In this document: positions 1 to 10,087 of the stretch, in pieces
Layout: the number at the start of each line of letters is the position of its first letter
How positions within the stretch are numbered: position 1 is the stretch's first letter
Assembly (NCBI GenBank): GCA_964195945.1
Contig: CAXMRC010000090.1
Location: forward strand, 20,195 to 84,194
DNA length: 64,000 bases
DNA from: an uncultured Gemmatimonadales bacterium
GTDB taxonomy: Bacteria; Actinomycetota; Acidimicrobiia; Spongiisociales; UBA5794
Reading direction: 5' to 3'
The notes under the pieces: model-generated
Databases searched by the model: none
The model's input: the letters and a program-made list of their open reading frames with translations, nothing else
Told to the model about the DNA's origin: nothing
Translations under genes and position numbers: made by a program

Positions 1-82
1 TGAGATCGAGAGCACGATCGTTCGCCGTGCCTCGCTGGAAGATGTATTTCTGCGTCTCACCGGCCGGACTCTGGTCGACTGA
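1..82 (+). CDS. C-terminal end of ABC transporter ATP-binding subunit (NodI/DrrA-like), partial
   Basis: Frame 2 reads EIESTIVRRASLEDVFLRLTGRTLVD*; the SLEDVFLxLTG tail is typical. Its stop overlaps the next ATG (TGATG). Confidence 0.85.
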   Translation, partial: EIESTIVRRASLEDVFLRLTGRTLVD

Positions 83-858
83 TGGCCGTTCCCGGTTCTC
101 TGCTGGTCGTCGAGCGCCACGCCCGTGTCTATCGACGCACGTGGCGCGGTTCGGTGATCAGTACGTTCATGAACCCGATCTTGTATCTGTTGGCAATGGG
201 TCTCGGGTTGGGGAGCCTGGTGGATGAGGGTGGCGGGACCACCCAATTGGACTTCGACTACCTCACGTACCTGGCCCCTGGTCTATTGGCCGCGGCGACG
301 ATGATGACCGCCGCCGGCGAGTCGTTGTATCCAGTCATGGCGGGCATGAAGTGGAACAAGTACTACAGCGACGCTCTATCCACACCAGTCTCGACACGGG
401 ACTTGGTCATCGGCCACTTTGGCTGGCTTACGTTACGAATCCTGTTCACTGCCGTCGTGTTCACAGGCGTGATGGTCGTGTTCGGCACGATCAGCATTTC
501 CTCGGCATTGCTCGTAATTCCCCCTGCCGTTCTCGCAGGGCTGGCCTTTGCGGGGCCTGTGACGGCCTATGCAGCACAGCTGGAGAAAGAGACCGGCCTT
601 TCTGCGGTATTTCGTTTCGTGATCACTCCCCTTTTCTTGTTCTCGGGAACATTCTTTCCGATCGATCAACTGCCGGATTGGATGGAGCCCGTTGCCTATG
701 TCACCCCGCTCTGGCACGGCGTCGAGGTCACGAGGGCTGCTGCCTTGGGCATCGATTCGGTACTACATCCGGCCATCCATATTGCGGTGATGGTGGCGTT
801 CTTGTTGGTCGGGGCCGTAATCGCCGATCGCCTCTTTCACAAGAGGCTGATCGTATGA
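82..858 (+). CDS. ABC-2 type transporter permease (NodJ-like)
   Basis: Multiple TM segments; PLFLFSGTFFP and TPLWHGV motifs. Confidence 0.9.
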   Translation: MAVPGSLLVVERHARVYRRTWRGSVISTFMNPILYLLAMGLGLGSLVDEGGGTTQLDFDYLTYLAPGLLAAATMMTAAGESLYPVMAGMKWNKYYSDALSTPVSTRDLVIGHFGWLTLRILFTAVVFTGVMVVFGTISISSALLVIPPAVLAGLAFAGPVTAYAAQLEKETGLSAVFRFVITPLFLFSGTFFPIDQLPDWMEPVAYVTPLWHGVEVTRAAALGIDSVLHPAIHIAVMVAFLLVGAVIADRLFHKRLIV

Positions 859-1664
859 CAAGGACCACCCTCACCAGGCGGATCTTGCCTCCCTCCGTTG
901 GTCGAATTCGCGCTCGATACGTTCTCGAGCGCAATGTGCTGGTCTACCGTCGGCTGTGGTTGATCGTGTTCTCTGGATTCTTCGAGCCGGTCTTTTACCT
1001 GTTTTCGATAGGCGTTGGCATCAGCAAGCTTGTCGGCAACGTAACTGGACCCAATGGAGAGTTGGTCGAATACACGGCGTTCGTCGCGCCTGCACTACTC
1101 GCTGCGTCTGCAATGAACGGTGCCGTGTTCGAATCAACAATGAACATCTTCTACAAGCTGAAGTGGGCCAAAACGTACGACGGGATGTTGGCCGCGCCGC
1201 TCAGCGTTTGGGACATCGCCATCGGCGAGATCACGTGGTCTCAGATCCGGGGTGGTCTCTATGCCGCCGCCTTCTTGCTGGTCGCACTTGTCATGGGTCT
1301 GCTTCAGTCGTGGTGGGCAATCTTGGCGCTGCCGGCGGCTCTACTGATTGGTGTGGCGTTTGGTGCTGCCGGTTTTGCAACAACAACGTTCCTGAAGAGC
1401 TGGCAAGACTTTGATCTGATCACTCTGGTAACAATGCCGTTGTTCCTGTTCTCGGCAACGTTCTACCCGCTCGATGTCTATCCGCCGGTGCTGCAAGCGA
1501 TCGCACAGATCTCACCGCTCTATCACGGTGTGGAGATTATTAGAGCGCTAACTCTTGGCGCTGTAGATGGCTCGATCTTCATCCACATCGCATTCCTGGT
1601 GGTGATGACCGTTGTCGGCCTCACGATCACTGCTCGCCGCTTGGAGCGGCTGCTCAAGGCCTAA
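855..1664 (+). CDS. ABC-2 type transporter permease
   Basis: Start at MTRTT (ATGA overlap with the previous stop); PLFLFSATFYP motif; paralogous to the preceding permease. Confidence 0.9.
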   Translation: MTRTTLTRRILPPSVGRIRARYVLERNVLVYRRLWLIVFSGFFEPVFYLFSIGVGISKLVGNVTGPNGELVEYTAFVAPALLAASAMNGAVFESTMNIFYKLKWAKTYDGMLAAPLSVWDIAIGEITWSQIRGGLYAAAFLLVALVMGLLQSWWAILALPAALLIGVAFGAAGFATTTFLKSWQDFDLITLVTMPLFLFSATFYPLDVYPPVLQAIAQISPLYHGVEIIRALTLGAVDGSIFIHIAFLVVMTVVGLTITARRLERLLKA

Positions 1665-1666
1665 TG

Positions 1667-1715
1667 CGCGTCTGGCGTCCGTGAGCGCCTTATACCGTGG
1701 TGGTGGACGCCAGAC
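1667..1715. repeat. Solo copy of ~50-bp palindromic (REP-like) element
   Basis: cgcgtctggcgtccgtgagcgccttataccgtg is identical for 33 nt to 17830-17862; right arm is a variant (gtggtggacgccaga). Confidence 0.9.
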
Positions 1716-1754
1716 TGCGTTCCTTCCGCACGATACCGGTAACCTCTGTCTTCG

Positions 1755-3449
1755 ATGTCAGAACCCAACCGCTCATTCGCTTCAGCACTAGCCTCCAATC
1801 TTGCCGACCTAGGTGTCGAGCATGTGTGTATTTCTCCGGGTTCACGTAACACCCCGCTCATCGCTGGTTTCGCAGCTGAGCCCCGGATCAGAAAGTGGCC
1901 GTTGCTCGACGAGCGGTCTGCCGGCTTCTTTGCAATCGGACTAGCGCGGTCCACCGGCAAACCGGTTGCGCTCGCCTGCACCTCCGGTACAGCAGCAGCC
2001 GAATATCACCCCGCCGTTGTCGAAGCCAGCCAAAGCGAAGTGCCATTGCTCGTGATGACCGCAGACCGACCCGAGGAACTCCGCAACGTTGGAGCCCCCC
2101 AGACGATCGACCAACTCTCCCTATACGGATCTTCGCCACGACTGTTCATCGACGCCCCGACCCCGGACGCAGCAACGACAGCGCAGAGCGCTGCCGATCT
2201 AGCCAGCAAGGCCTGGACCGCGGCGACCAGCGGTACTCCTGGCCCGGTCCACCTCAACCTGCCGTTTCGAGAACCTCTGCTCACCGCCGGCAACATCCAG
2301 CAGTCCGGGCATATGCAGCCAATATTTGCACAGAATTCCGAACCGCTCCAGCTGACAACGATTGCAAAACAACTCAACGGTCGCAGGGGGATAATCGTTG
2401 CCGGTCGGACCAACGACCGTGACTTTGCACAGGCATGCAGCGAACTGGCCGCGGCATTGATGTGGCCCATCTTCGCCGACCCGCTCTCCGGTCTTCGCCA
2501 CGGAGACCACCATCTCGACAGGGTGCTGGCGTATGGCGACTCGCTCGCCGCCGCAGGAGCACTCGACCGGCTGCAACCAGAGATTGCTCTTCGCTTCGGG
2601 CCGGTTCCCACATCGAAACCGACATGGAAGTGGCTGGAAGATCACGCCGAGATCGATCAGATCCTTGTCGATCTCGAGACACGAGACGCTACCCACAGCG
2701 CAACAACCACCCTCGCGTTGCCGCCTACCGCCGCTGCAGTTGCCTTGACCGATGGCGTTAGCGAACCAGCCCCACTGGACTGGGCAAAGGAGTGGGCGGC
2801 GCTCGACGACCTGGCGGGGCAAACAATCGTCGCTGCCTTGCAACCGGCACCGTTCCCGAACGAGCCATCCATCGCACAGACGGTGCTGGCGAGTGCACCC
2901 CCAGGTGCAATCGTGACTGTCGGCTCATCGATGCCAATACGTGACGTCGATGCGTTCGGCGGCAAGTCTCCCTCGCAGATTCGGATCCTTGGCAATCGAG
3001 GAAGCAACGGAATTGACGGCATCGTTTCAGCCGCAATTGGTGCCGCGGCCAGCGGCGCCCCGTCCATCGCCATCATCGGCGATGTTTCGCTATTTCACGA
3101 CATCAACTCACTGGGGACGGCGGCGCAGCTCGACCTGCCTGTAACGATCGTGGTCGTCAACAACGACGGCGGCGGGATCTTCCACTTCCTCCCACAACAT
3201 GACCCAAGCGTCCTGCCCACCGCGGCATTCGAGAGCTTCCTGGCAACTCCACACGGGACCGACTTCGTCCCTATCGCCACCGCCTTTGGGCTCGATACAC
3301 ACAACATCAATGATCAAGCCGAACTGGCTCAGTTGCTGGCAACACCTGGCGACAAGGCGAGACTCATTCAGCTGCGGACAGACCGCGACCAGAACCTAGA
3401 ACTCCATCGCACAGTGTCGGCAGCTGTCAAGAGGGCCATCGTCGGCTAA
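1755..3449 (+). CDS. menD: SEPHCHC synthase (menaquinone biosynthesis)
   Basis: SPGSRNTPL, DERSAGFFA, GPVHLNLPFREPL, NRGSNGIDG, GDxS...NNDGGGIF ThDP motifs. Confidence 0.97.
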   Translation: MSEPNRSFASALASNLADLGVEHVCISPGSRNTPLIAGFAAEPRIRKWPLLDERSAGFFAIGLARSTGKPVALACTSGTAAAEYHPAVVEASQSEVPLLVMTADRPEELRNVGAPQTIDQLSLYGSSPRLFIDAPTPDAATTAQSAADLASKAWTAATSGTPGPVHLNLPFREPLLTAGNIQQSGHMQPIFAQNSEPLQLTTIAKQLNGRRGIIVAGRTNDRDFAQACSELAAALMWPIFADPLSGLRHGDHHLDRVLAYGDSLAAAGALDRLQPEIALRFGPVPTSKPTWKWLEDHAEIDQILVDLETRDATHSATTTLALPPTAAAVALTDGVSEPAPLDWAKEWAALDDLAGQTIVAALQPAPFPNEPSIAQTVLASAPPGAIVTVGSSMPIRDVDAFGGKSPSQIRILGNRGSNGIDGIVSAAIGAAASGAPSIAIIGDVSLFHDINSLGTAAQLDLPVTIVVVNNDGGGIFHFLPQHDPSVLPTAAFESFLATPHGTDFVPIATAFGLDTHNINDQAELAQLLATPGDKARLIQLRTDRDQNLELHRTVSAAVKRAIVG

Positions 3450-4765
3450 GTCGCAGCAAGAAGAGTTAGCAGCGGCTGGAATTTCAAACGGGTCTCGAGA
3501 AGCTCGGCGGCTGGGTCGGACTGCGAGACGATCCCGTTCCCGGCGTACAGCCGCGAGGTCACGCCGCTCACGAGGGCACACCGCAAAGCCAGCGCAACCT
3601 GCGCCCCACCGGCCGGATTCACCCAGCCGATGCCGCCGGAGTACCAACCGCGATCTATACCTTCGACCTTGTCGATGAAGGCCAGCGCTTCGGCTCGTGG
3701 CGTTCCACCAACAGCAGGTGTCGGATGAATCGACGCAAGGACATCAAACGTCGAGACCCCCTCCCGCAGGGTTCCCTCGATATCTGTCGATAGGTGCTGA
3801 ACGGTCGCCATCCGGCGCAACGTCGGGCCGACGGGGTATTCAAGGCGATCGGTGAGGTGGGTCAACCGGGCTACCAGATCATCGACGACAATCGAGTGCT
3901 CGCCTCTGTCCTTGGCACTGGCCAGGAGCGCCTCGCCGACTGCGACATCGTCGTCGCCTTTGCCTCGTCGCGCCGAGCCTGCGAGAGGATTGACCCAGAT
4001 CTCTCTGTCCCGCTGCGCCAGCAGCAACTCTGGGCTGGCCCCAACAAACGCTGACTCGTCGACAACGGCGGCATAGATGTAACACGACGGATTCGCGATG
4101 CCGAGGTGGTGCACCAGTCCGAATGGATCGGTCGGCCTTTCCGAGAGAACCTGCACAGAGCGGGCCAACACGACTTTCTCAAAAGAACTTTCCGCGATTG
4201 CGCCAACGGCTTCCGCGACTTCCGATTGCCACTCCACGGTCGACGGGACTGACTCAACAGTATGCACCCCCGGGTCTGGTGGCGGCGGGTCTTCCAGAGC
4301 CACCAGATTGGAGAGCACGTCGATCAACGGTGCCGCTTTGGCACCAGGAGGAAGGGCGACTACCAGCCTCGTTTCTGCGCCCTCTTTGACCACAGTCACA
4401 CTTGGAAGGACAGCATCCGCCGCTCCGAACCCATCCCACTCCGGTCCTGCGGGACCTTGCGGGTTAAACGAGAACCCCAGGGTGATCCGCGAGCCCGGTG
4501 CCAGCGGCGGCAGTTGAGCGAGCTGTGTTTCGAGGCTGGCGAACCGGTCGATACCCGCTGCCCCAAAACTGAGGGCAACGCCAAGGCTGGACACTTCATC
4601 ACCGGCCGGGGTACTGAAGTAAGAACTCCTCCCAAACAGCGGGGAACCTGCCCGTACCAGTGCCGACGGCTCGCATTCGACAGCAACAGATGCGGTCCGC
4701 AACTGCGAAGAATCCGCACCGAGCTGTTCCATCAGCTCCGACAATTGAGTATCAGTAAAAAGCAC
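3446..4765 (-). CDS. menF: Isochorismate synthase
   Basis: KVVLAR, GASPELL, LAGS, HPTPAVGG, YAGNGIV motifs. Start uncertain; GTG 4765 chosen because of a TACCAT -10 upstream. Confidence 0.9.
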   Translation of the reverse strand: MLFTDTQLSELMEQLGADSSQLRTASVAVECEPSALVRAGSPLFGRSSYFSTPAGDEVSSLGVALSFGAAGIDRFASLETQLAQLPPLAPGSRITLGFSFNPQGPAGPEWDGFGAADAVLPSVTVVKEGAETRLVVALPPGAKAAPLIDVLSNLVALEDPPPPDPGVHTVESVPSTVEWQSEVAEAVGAIAESSFEKVVLARSVQVLSERPTDPFGLVHHLGIANPSCYIYAAVVDESAFVGASPELLLAQRDREIWVNPLAGSARRGKGDDDVAVGEALLASAKDRGEHSIVVDDLVARLTHLTDRLEYPVGPTLRRMATVQHLSTDIEGTLREGVSTFDVLASIHPTPAVGGTPRAEALAFIDKVEGIDRGWYSGGIGWVNPAGGAQVALALRCALVSGVTSRLYAGNGIVSQSDPAAELLETRLKFQPLLTLLAAT

Positions 4766-4788
4766 GAGGCACGATGGTAGCGCCACGC

Positions 4789-5643
4789 TCAACGAAGCCG
4801 ACCAATGAGCTCGCTGACCCGTTCCGCCACGAGTTGCGGGCGTTCCATCCATAGGAAGTGTGACGTACCCGGTACGACCTCGGAGATGGCCTGCGGCATC
4901 CTCCCCACGAGTTCGCTGAGGAACGGTTCTTGGTGCGTGGTCGAGTATTCGCCGGCGAGAACCAACGCAGGAACGTCGATCTCCCCTAGTCGGTCCCAGG
5001 CACGATGATCGGTAGCCGCGGTGAAGAACTCGGCCTCAGAATCGCGTGCACACTTGAGTACCACTTCCACACCGTCATCGCGGAGTCCGCCTTTGACGTA
5101 GGCGCTCATTGCCCGATGCTCCCACCCGGCGAACGCTGGCTTGGAGATCCAATTCTCGAACGCAGCTTCTCTGCTGGCGAAACGGTCACGGCGCCGCCGC
5201 GCCGAGGTAGCCATCGGGTTGTCGGGGAACCGCCCATACGGCGGAGCGAACACAATCGGCTCGATGAGTACTAGGCCGGCAAATGTGCCGGGGCTGTCCA
5301 ATTCCGCAAGCATAAGAGCCGTGGCGCCAGCAGAATGACCGACGCCGATGACCGGATCGGCGTCTGTAGTTAGCTCAACGATGTCACGGCCGACGTCCCA
5401 CCAATCGAAGGGTGGCTCGGGAATGCCGGAGTCGCCATGTGCGCGTAGGTCGATCGCAATCGCCCTGAAATCGGTGCCAGTACCGCGAAGGTCCTCGACG
5501 ACTGGTTCGCATAGCTCTTTGCAGAAGCCGGTCGCGTGGACCAAGACGACAAGCGGCGAGGCATCGCCGCCACCCCACATGGAATAGGCGATCTCGACCC
5601 CATCCCTGGCAACAAGTGAGTTGATTGCATCAGACTGGCGCAC
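4789..5643 (-). CDS. Alpha/beta fold hydrolase
   Basis: HATGF oxyanion region, DLRAHG, GHSAG nucleophile elbow, C-terminal SHF. Confidence 0.88.
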   Translation of the reverse strand: MRQSDAINSLVARDGVEIAYSMWGGGDASPLVVLVHATGFCKELCEPVVEDLRGTGTDFRAIAIDLRAHGDSGIPEPPFDWWDVGRDIVELTTDADPVIGVGHSAGATALMLAELDSPGTFAGLVLIEPIVFAPPYGRFPDNPMATSARRRRDRFASREAAFENWISKPAFAGWEHRAMSAYVKGGLRDDGVEVVLKCARDSEAEFFTAATDHRAWDRLGEIDVPALVLAGEYSTTHQEPFLSELVGRMPQAISEVVPGTSHFLWMERPQLVAERVSELIGRLR

Positions 5644-5653
5644 GGTGGAGCTA

Positions 5654-6262
5654 CTACTCGCCGTCGTCGAGCCGCCAGGTCAAGTTGGTGTCAACCTTGA
5701 CTACTCCATCGAGACGTCGACCAAGCTCGGCCAACAATCGCGCCTCGTTACGGGTACCGATCTCACCGCTGAATGTGACAACGCCGTTGGAGACATCGAC
5801 CGATATATCGTCAGGATCCACGAACAACACCCGTCGCAGCAGGTCCTCCCTGATCTCATCCTCGATGATCTCGTCGGGGCGAGTGAATGCCGCCACTACG
5901 TCAAGGCGAGAGATGATCCCCAGACTCTTCCCGTCGGCATCAGTCACCGGAAGTCGGTTGACATCGTTGATGACCATGGTGCGAGCAGCCTCCGCAACAG
6001 TTGCATCTGGTGCGATCGTCAAGACCGATCGGTGCATCACCTGTTCGACCCGTTCCACCGGTTGTGGGTCTTCCGCCTCTTCACGAGCCACCTCGAGTCG
6101 GAGAAAGTCAGCTTCGGTGATGATGCCGACGACACGCGAATCCTCATCACAGACAGGCAGGCCACTTACCTTATTGCGGACCATGAGACGAGCTGCAGCC
6201 TTGATAGGTGTCTCCGGCGACGCAGTGATGACATCTGCGGTCATCAGATCAACTACACGCAT
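5654..6262 (-). CDS. CBS-pair + BON domain protein
   Basis: MRVVDLMT start, two CBS repeats, C-terminal BON (VxVxNGVVTxxG...GVVKV). Confidence 0.88.
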   Translation of the reverse strand: MRVVDLMTADVITASPETPIKAAARLMVRNKVSGLPVCDEDSRVVGIITEADFLRLEVAREEAEDPQPVERVEQVMHRSVLTIAPDATVAEAARTMVINDVNRLPVTDADGKSLGIISRLDVVAAFTRPDEIIEDEIREDLLRRVLFVDPDDISVDVSNGVVTFSGEIGTRNEARLLAELGRRLDGVVKVDTNLTWRLDDGE

Positions 6263-6363
6263 ACGCTGCGCTCCTCCAATTGTGTGTATGACCCATTGTG
6301 GCAGCCCGTTGTCGACAAGGCAGCCCAACACGGGCATATTTCGAGTTGATTCTCCTAGGCCGC

Positions 6364-9096
6364 CTAGACCTCGGAAAGCACGTCGCGTCGCGACGGAAGC
6401 CAGGTGCCAACAACGGGGCGGACCTTGATCCGCGCATCAACTACGCTCAATCCACGTCCCGGCTCGGCAACCTTGACAGGATTCAGATCCATCTCGACGA
6501 TCTCCGGCAAATCCGCTACAAGCGCCGACACCCGCAACAGCGCATCTTCAACGGCAGGCACATCGCCTGCTGCACCGCCGCGATACCCCGCGAGAAGCTG
6601 CGATGACTTGACCTCAGAAATCATCTCTGCCGCGTCGATATCCGTGAGCGGATGGATACGGAATGCAACGTCACCGATCAGCTCGACAAATACGCCACCC
6701 AATCCGAACACAATCAGCGGCCCGAAGTTGGGGTCTTCAGTCATCCCGATCAGAACCTCGTGGCCGCCTTCGACGTACTGCTGGATGAGTGCACCTTCTG
6801 GATCGGCCACGGCCGAGGTCACCGCATCATACGCATCTCGCACAGCCGCTTCGCCCTCGACATTGAGGACAACTCCACCAACGTCCGACTTGTGCAACGC
6901 CGCTTCAGAGATGACTTTCAGAACGACGGGACCCGACATAGCAGCGGCCTTGGCCACGGCATCGTCGGCCGATTCGGCGACTGCCGACTGGGGCATGGCA
7001 AGACCGTAGGCACCCAGCACCGTCGCGACCTCGTCAGGATCCAACCACCCGGTGCTATCCCGATCGAGTGCCGCCTCGACGGCGGCACGGGCAACTGCCG
7101 CGTCGACACCGTCGAGCTCCACAATCGCTCCCTCGTCTTTCTGCCGCCATTTCTGGTACTCAACCGCCCGAGACAGAGCAAACGCCGCCTGCTCAGGAAA
7201 GGGGAAGGTCGGGATCCGCTTGTCGCCGCTGCTAAACAGACGCGGGGCTCCCCCAGAGCTCATGTAGACCGTCAGGAACGTCTTCTCTCCGTGATGCTCA
7301 AATGCAGCATCCCGGATGGTCATAGCCATCTCCTCCGCTCCCTCAGGAGCCGCAGGTATATAGATCGTCATCAGAGCATCTATCTCGTCGGAGGTGAGCA
7401 AGGTATCGATACACGCGGCGTACTCGGCAGGGCCTGCGGATGCGATCATGTCGACCGGGTTTGTAACGGAGGCGTCGGCGGCGAGAAACTCCTGCAGCTT
7501 GCCTTTCAGCTCGTCGCTGAATTCGACCACCTCGAGCCCGTTCGCCTCGAGAGCATCCACGGCAAGGATGCCGGGACCGCCTGCGTTGCTGAGGATCCCG
7601 ACTCGACTCCCCTGCGGCAGCGGCTGATTGGCAACAAGCGACGTCACGTCGAAGAGTTGGGTGAGCGTGTCGGTTCGGATCACGCCTGCCTGCTTGAACA
7701 ACGTGTCAACGGCAGAGTCGACGCTCGCCAGCGAACCGGTATGGCTCGATGCGGCACGGGCCCCGGCTGCAGTGCGGCCTGATTTGACCGCAACGATTGG
7801 CTTTTTCTTGGTGATTCGCCTGGCGGCTCGGGCAAACCGGCGAGGATTACCGAACGACTCCATATAGAGCAAGATCACGTCGGTTCCTGGATCGGACTCC
7901 CAGTACAGAAGAAGATCGTCACCGGAAATGTCAGCCTGATTGCCAATCGAGATGAATGTGGAAATGCCAATGTTGAGCTGTGTGGCGTAGTCCAAGATCG
8001 CTATGCCAAGGGCTCCACTCTGGCTCGACATGGCCACGTTACCCGCCGGCGGCGACAAGGGGCCGAATTGGCCGTTCATGCTGATAGCAGAGTCCATGTT
8101 TATGAGACCCATGCAATTGGGCCCGACCATGCGCATGCCCGCATCACGGACGGTCTGCATCAGCTCGTCTTCGAGTTGCCCGCCGGCCGCGCCGGTTTCG
8201 GAGAACCCGGCGCTGATCACAACGAGGCCGCGGACCCCCTTGGCGACGCACTCTTGAACAACCGCGTTGACGAATCGGGATGGGACAACGATGAACGCGA
8301 GGTCCACACGGCCCGGAACATCCAGGATCGATTTGTAGGCCTTGACGGAGCGGACCACGTCGGCCTTCGGGTTCACGGGAAATACAGGTCCTGTGAAGTC
8401 GCCGTTTATGAGATTGGTGAACAGCCGACCGCCAATGGAGTGAGCGTCACGGCTGGCGCCGATGACTGCAACGGCACTCGGATAGAACACTGGCATCAGA
8501 GACGCGGCGATGGCACGTTGCTCATCGATCTCGTCGGAGGTTCCCAGGACTGCGGTCTCCGTTGTCGGAAACTCCACCTGGTAAAGACCATCATTCGACT
8601 CGCGCCGCATCGGGTAACCCGCGTTGCGGAACACCCTGATCATGACGTGGTTGTCGGCGAGCACAGACGCACGAAACGCACGAATCCCGACCTGATCGGC
8701 ATAGGCGGTGAGATATCGGACGAGACGGGTGGCAATTCCCTTGCCCTGCTCAGCATCGACCACCGCAAATGCGACGTCGGCGATCTCCGAATTGTCGGCA
8801 TCTCGCCAGTATCGGCCCACCCCAATGATCTTGTCGGCGCGGACTGCGACGAGAGCCATGCGGTCGACATAGTCGAGATGGGTGAATGTATCGAGTTCCG
8901 CAGGCTCAAGACGATCCTTCGCTTGAAAGAATCGGTGGTACACAGATTGCCGCGACATGCGAGAAATCATGTCTTGGAGTCCGTCGGCGTCATCTGGCAA
9001 GATCGGACGGATGCGGACGGTAGTCCCGTCGCGGAGGGCAACGTTTAGTTCCCAGTCACTCGGGTAACCGGCAGGCAGGGACGGATCGACGGTCAT
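6364..9096 (-). CDS. GNAT acetyltransferase fused to NDP-forming acyl-CoA synthetase domains (Pat/Pka-type protein lysine acetyltransferase)
   Basis: N-terminal GNAT (QGKGIA), CoA-binding domain (AVIGAS, GPNCMG, SQSG), ATP-grasp (HKSDVGGV, DLNP); RBS AAGGAG before MTVDP. Confidence 0.9.
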   Translation of the reverse strand: MTVDPSLPAGYPSDWELNVALRDGTTVRIRPILPDDADGLQDMISRMSRQSVYHRFFQAKDRLEPAELDTFTHLDYVDRMALVAVRADKIIGVGRYWRDADNSEIADVAFAVVDAEQGKGIATRLVRYLTAYADQVGIRAFRASVLADNHVMIRVFRNAGYPMRRESNDGLYQVEFPTTETAVLGTSDEIDEQRAIAASLMPVFYPSAVAVIGASRDAHSIGGRLFTNLINGDFTGPVFPVNPKADVVRSVKAYKSILDVPGRVDLAFIVVPSRFVNAVVQECVAKGVRGLVVISAGFSETGAAGGQLEDELMQTVRDAGMRMVGPNCMGLINMDSAISMNGQFGPLSPPAGNVAMSSQSGALGIAILDYATQLNIGISTFISIGNQADISGDDLLLYWESDPGTDVILLYMESFGNPRRFARAARRITKKKPIVAVKSGRTAAGARAASSHTGSLASVDSAVDTLFKQAGVIRTDTLTQLFDVTSLVANQPLPQGSRVGILSNAGGPGILAVDALEANGLEVVEFSDELKGKLQEFLAADASVTNPVDMIASAGPAEYAACIDTLLTSDEIDALMTIYIPAAPEGAEEMAMTIRDAAFEHHGEKTFLTVYMSSGGAPRLFSSGDKRIPTFPFPEQAAFALSRAVEYQKWRQKDEGAIVELDGVDAAVARAAVEAALDRDSTGWLDPDEVATVLGAYGLAMPQSAVAESADDAVAKAAAMSGPVVLKVISEAALHKSDVGGVVLNVEGEAAVRDAYDAVTSAVADPEGALIQQYVEGGHEVLIGMTEDPNFGPLIVFGLGGVFVELIGDVAFRIHPLTDIDAAEMISEVKSSQLLAGYRGGAAGDVPAVEDALLRVSALVADLPEIVEMDLNPVKVAEPGRGLSVVDARIKVRPVVGTWLPSRRDVLSEV

Positions 9097-9197
9097 TATT
9101 GCTCCTTGAAGGCGCAGAGTTTGTAAGTTCGTTTTCGGGCGATCTGGAATGATTGTTCCACAGGGGCACAACCACAACGGCGGTGTACGCTGCGGCC

Positions 9198-9881
9198 ATG
9201 AGACGAGCAGCTCTGATCGCCCTTCTAATACTCGCGTCATGTGCAGCCGATAGCCAGACGACGAGCACCGAACCCCCGGCCCCCACCCTGACGACACTGG
9301 GCGATGCCGTTCCGGTGGATACCTCGACGAGTACAACAACGACACCCTCCGCGACAACGACCAGCACAACGACCACTACGACCACTCTGCCCCCGAACGC
9401 CGCTGCGGCCTTCGGGCTCACCCAGATCGTCTTCGGCGATAGCTCGTTTGTTGTGATCACCAATTGGGGCAACGATACGGGCAGCCTCAATGGCCACTGG
9501 CTTTGCCAGTCAGCGTCCTATATGGCGCTCCCCGACATTGCCCTCGGTCCCGGTGAGCAGATTCTTGTTGGGCTCGCGACATCACCACCCCCGGAGCTGG
9601 CGGGGATGACGGCAATCATCGATCTCGGACCTGCCATTGGAGTTCTGTCCCCAGATTCCGGGGAAGTTGCGTTGTACGATGCCGCGGCGTTCGAAGACTC
9701 AACGCACCTGGTTACATACGTAGCGTGGGGCGAAGCTGACCACTCCCGATTGAGTCTGGCGATCGAGGCTGGAGTCTGGGAAGCGGGGTCGGTGGAGGTC
9801 TTCGACGATGCCCCTTCGATTTCATCTGGCGTATACCCGGCGACCAGCAACCTCAGCTGGTTTGCGGACATCGGCGGCTAA
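9198..9881 (+). CDS. Putative lipoprotein with Thr-rich linker
   Basis: MRRAALIALLILAS-C lipobox, TTTT linker; TACGCT -10 six nt before ATG. Confidence 0.75.
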   Translation: MRRAALIALLILASCAADSQTTSTEPPAPTLTTLGDAVPVDTSTSTTTTPSATTTSTTTTTTTLPPNAAAAFGLTQIVFGDSSFVVITNWGNDTGSLNGHWLCQSASYMALPDIALGPGEQILVGLATSPPPELAGMTAIIDLGPAIGVLSPDSGEVALYDAAAFEDSTHLVTYVAWGEADHSRLSLAIEAGVWEAGSVEVFDDAPSISSGVYPATSNLSWFADIGG

Positions 9882-9949
9882 TCCAGGTCCCCTATCAATC
9901 TTTAGGGTTTATTAGCACCACCCCGACTCCACCCTAAGCCGAGGGCTGC

Positions 9950-10074
9950 CACAGTGGCTCTTGCTACGCCACGCAGCAAAGCAAAAGAGAATCGCAAGGG
10001 TGGACGCCCCTCATCTGCCCATCGATCTTGCGAAGGTAAAAAGGACCTGCCATTAGCCCGGCAGGTCCTTTTTT
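9950..10074 (+). ncRNA. Candidate small structured RNA
   Basis: Two hairpins (9957-9982, 9992-10033) followed by a strong terminator, within a 200-bp intergenic gap. Confidence 0.35.
10038..10074. terminator. Bidirectional intrinsic terminator
   Basis: aaaaaggacctgcc-N8-ggcaggtcctttttt between convergent genes. Confidence 0.85.
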
Positions 10075-10087
10075 CATGCTGGTCGAG

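Noticed and set aside
4789-5643. menH call for the hydrolase next to menF
   Set aside because: Motifs (HATGF, GHSAG) differ from typical MenH (HGF, GYSxGG); adjacency alone is insufficient
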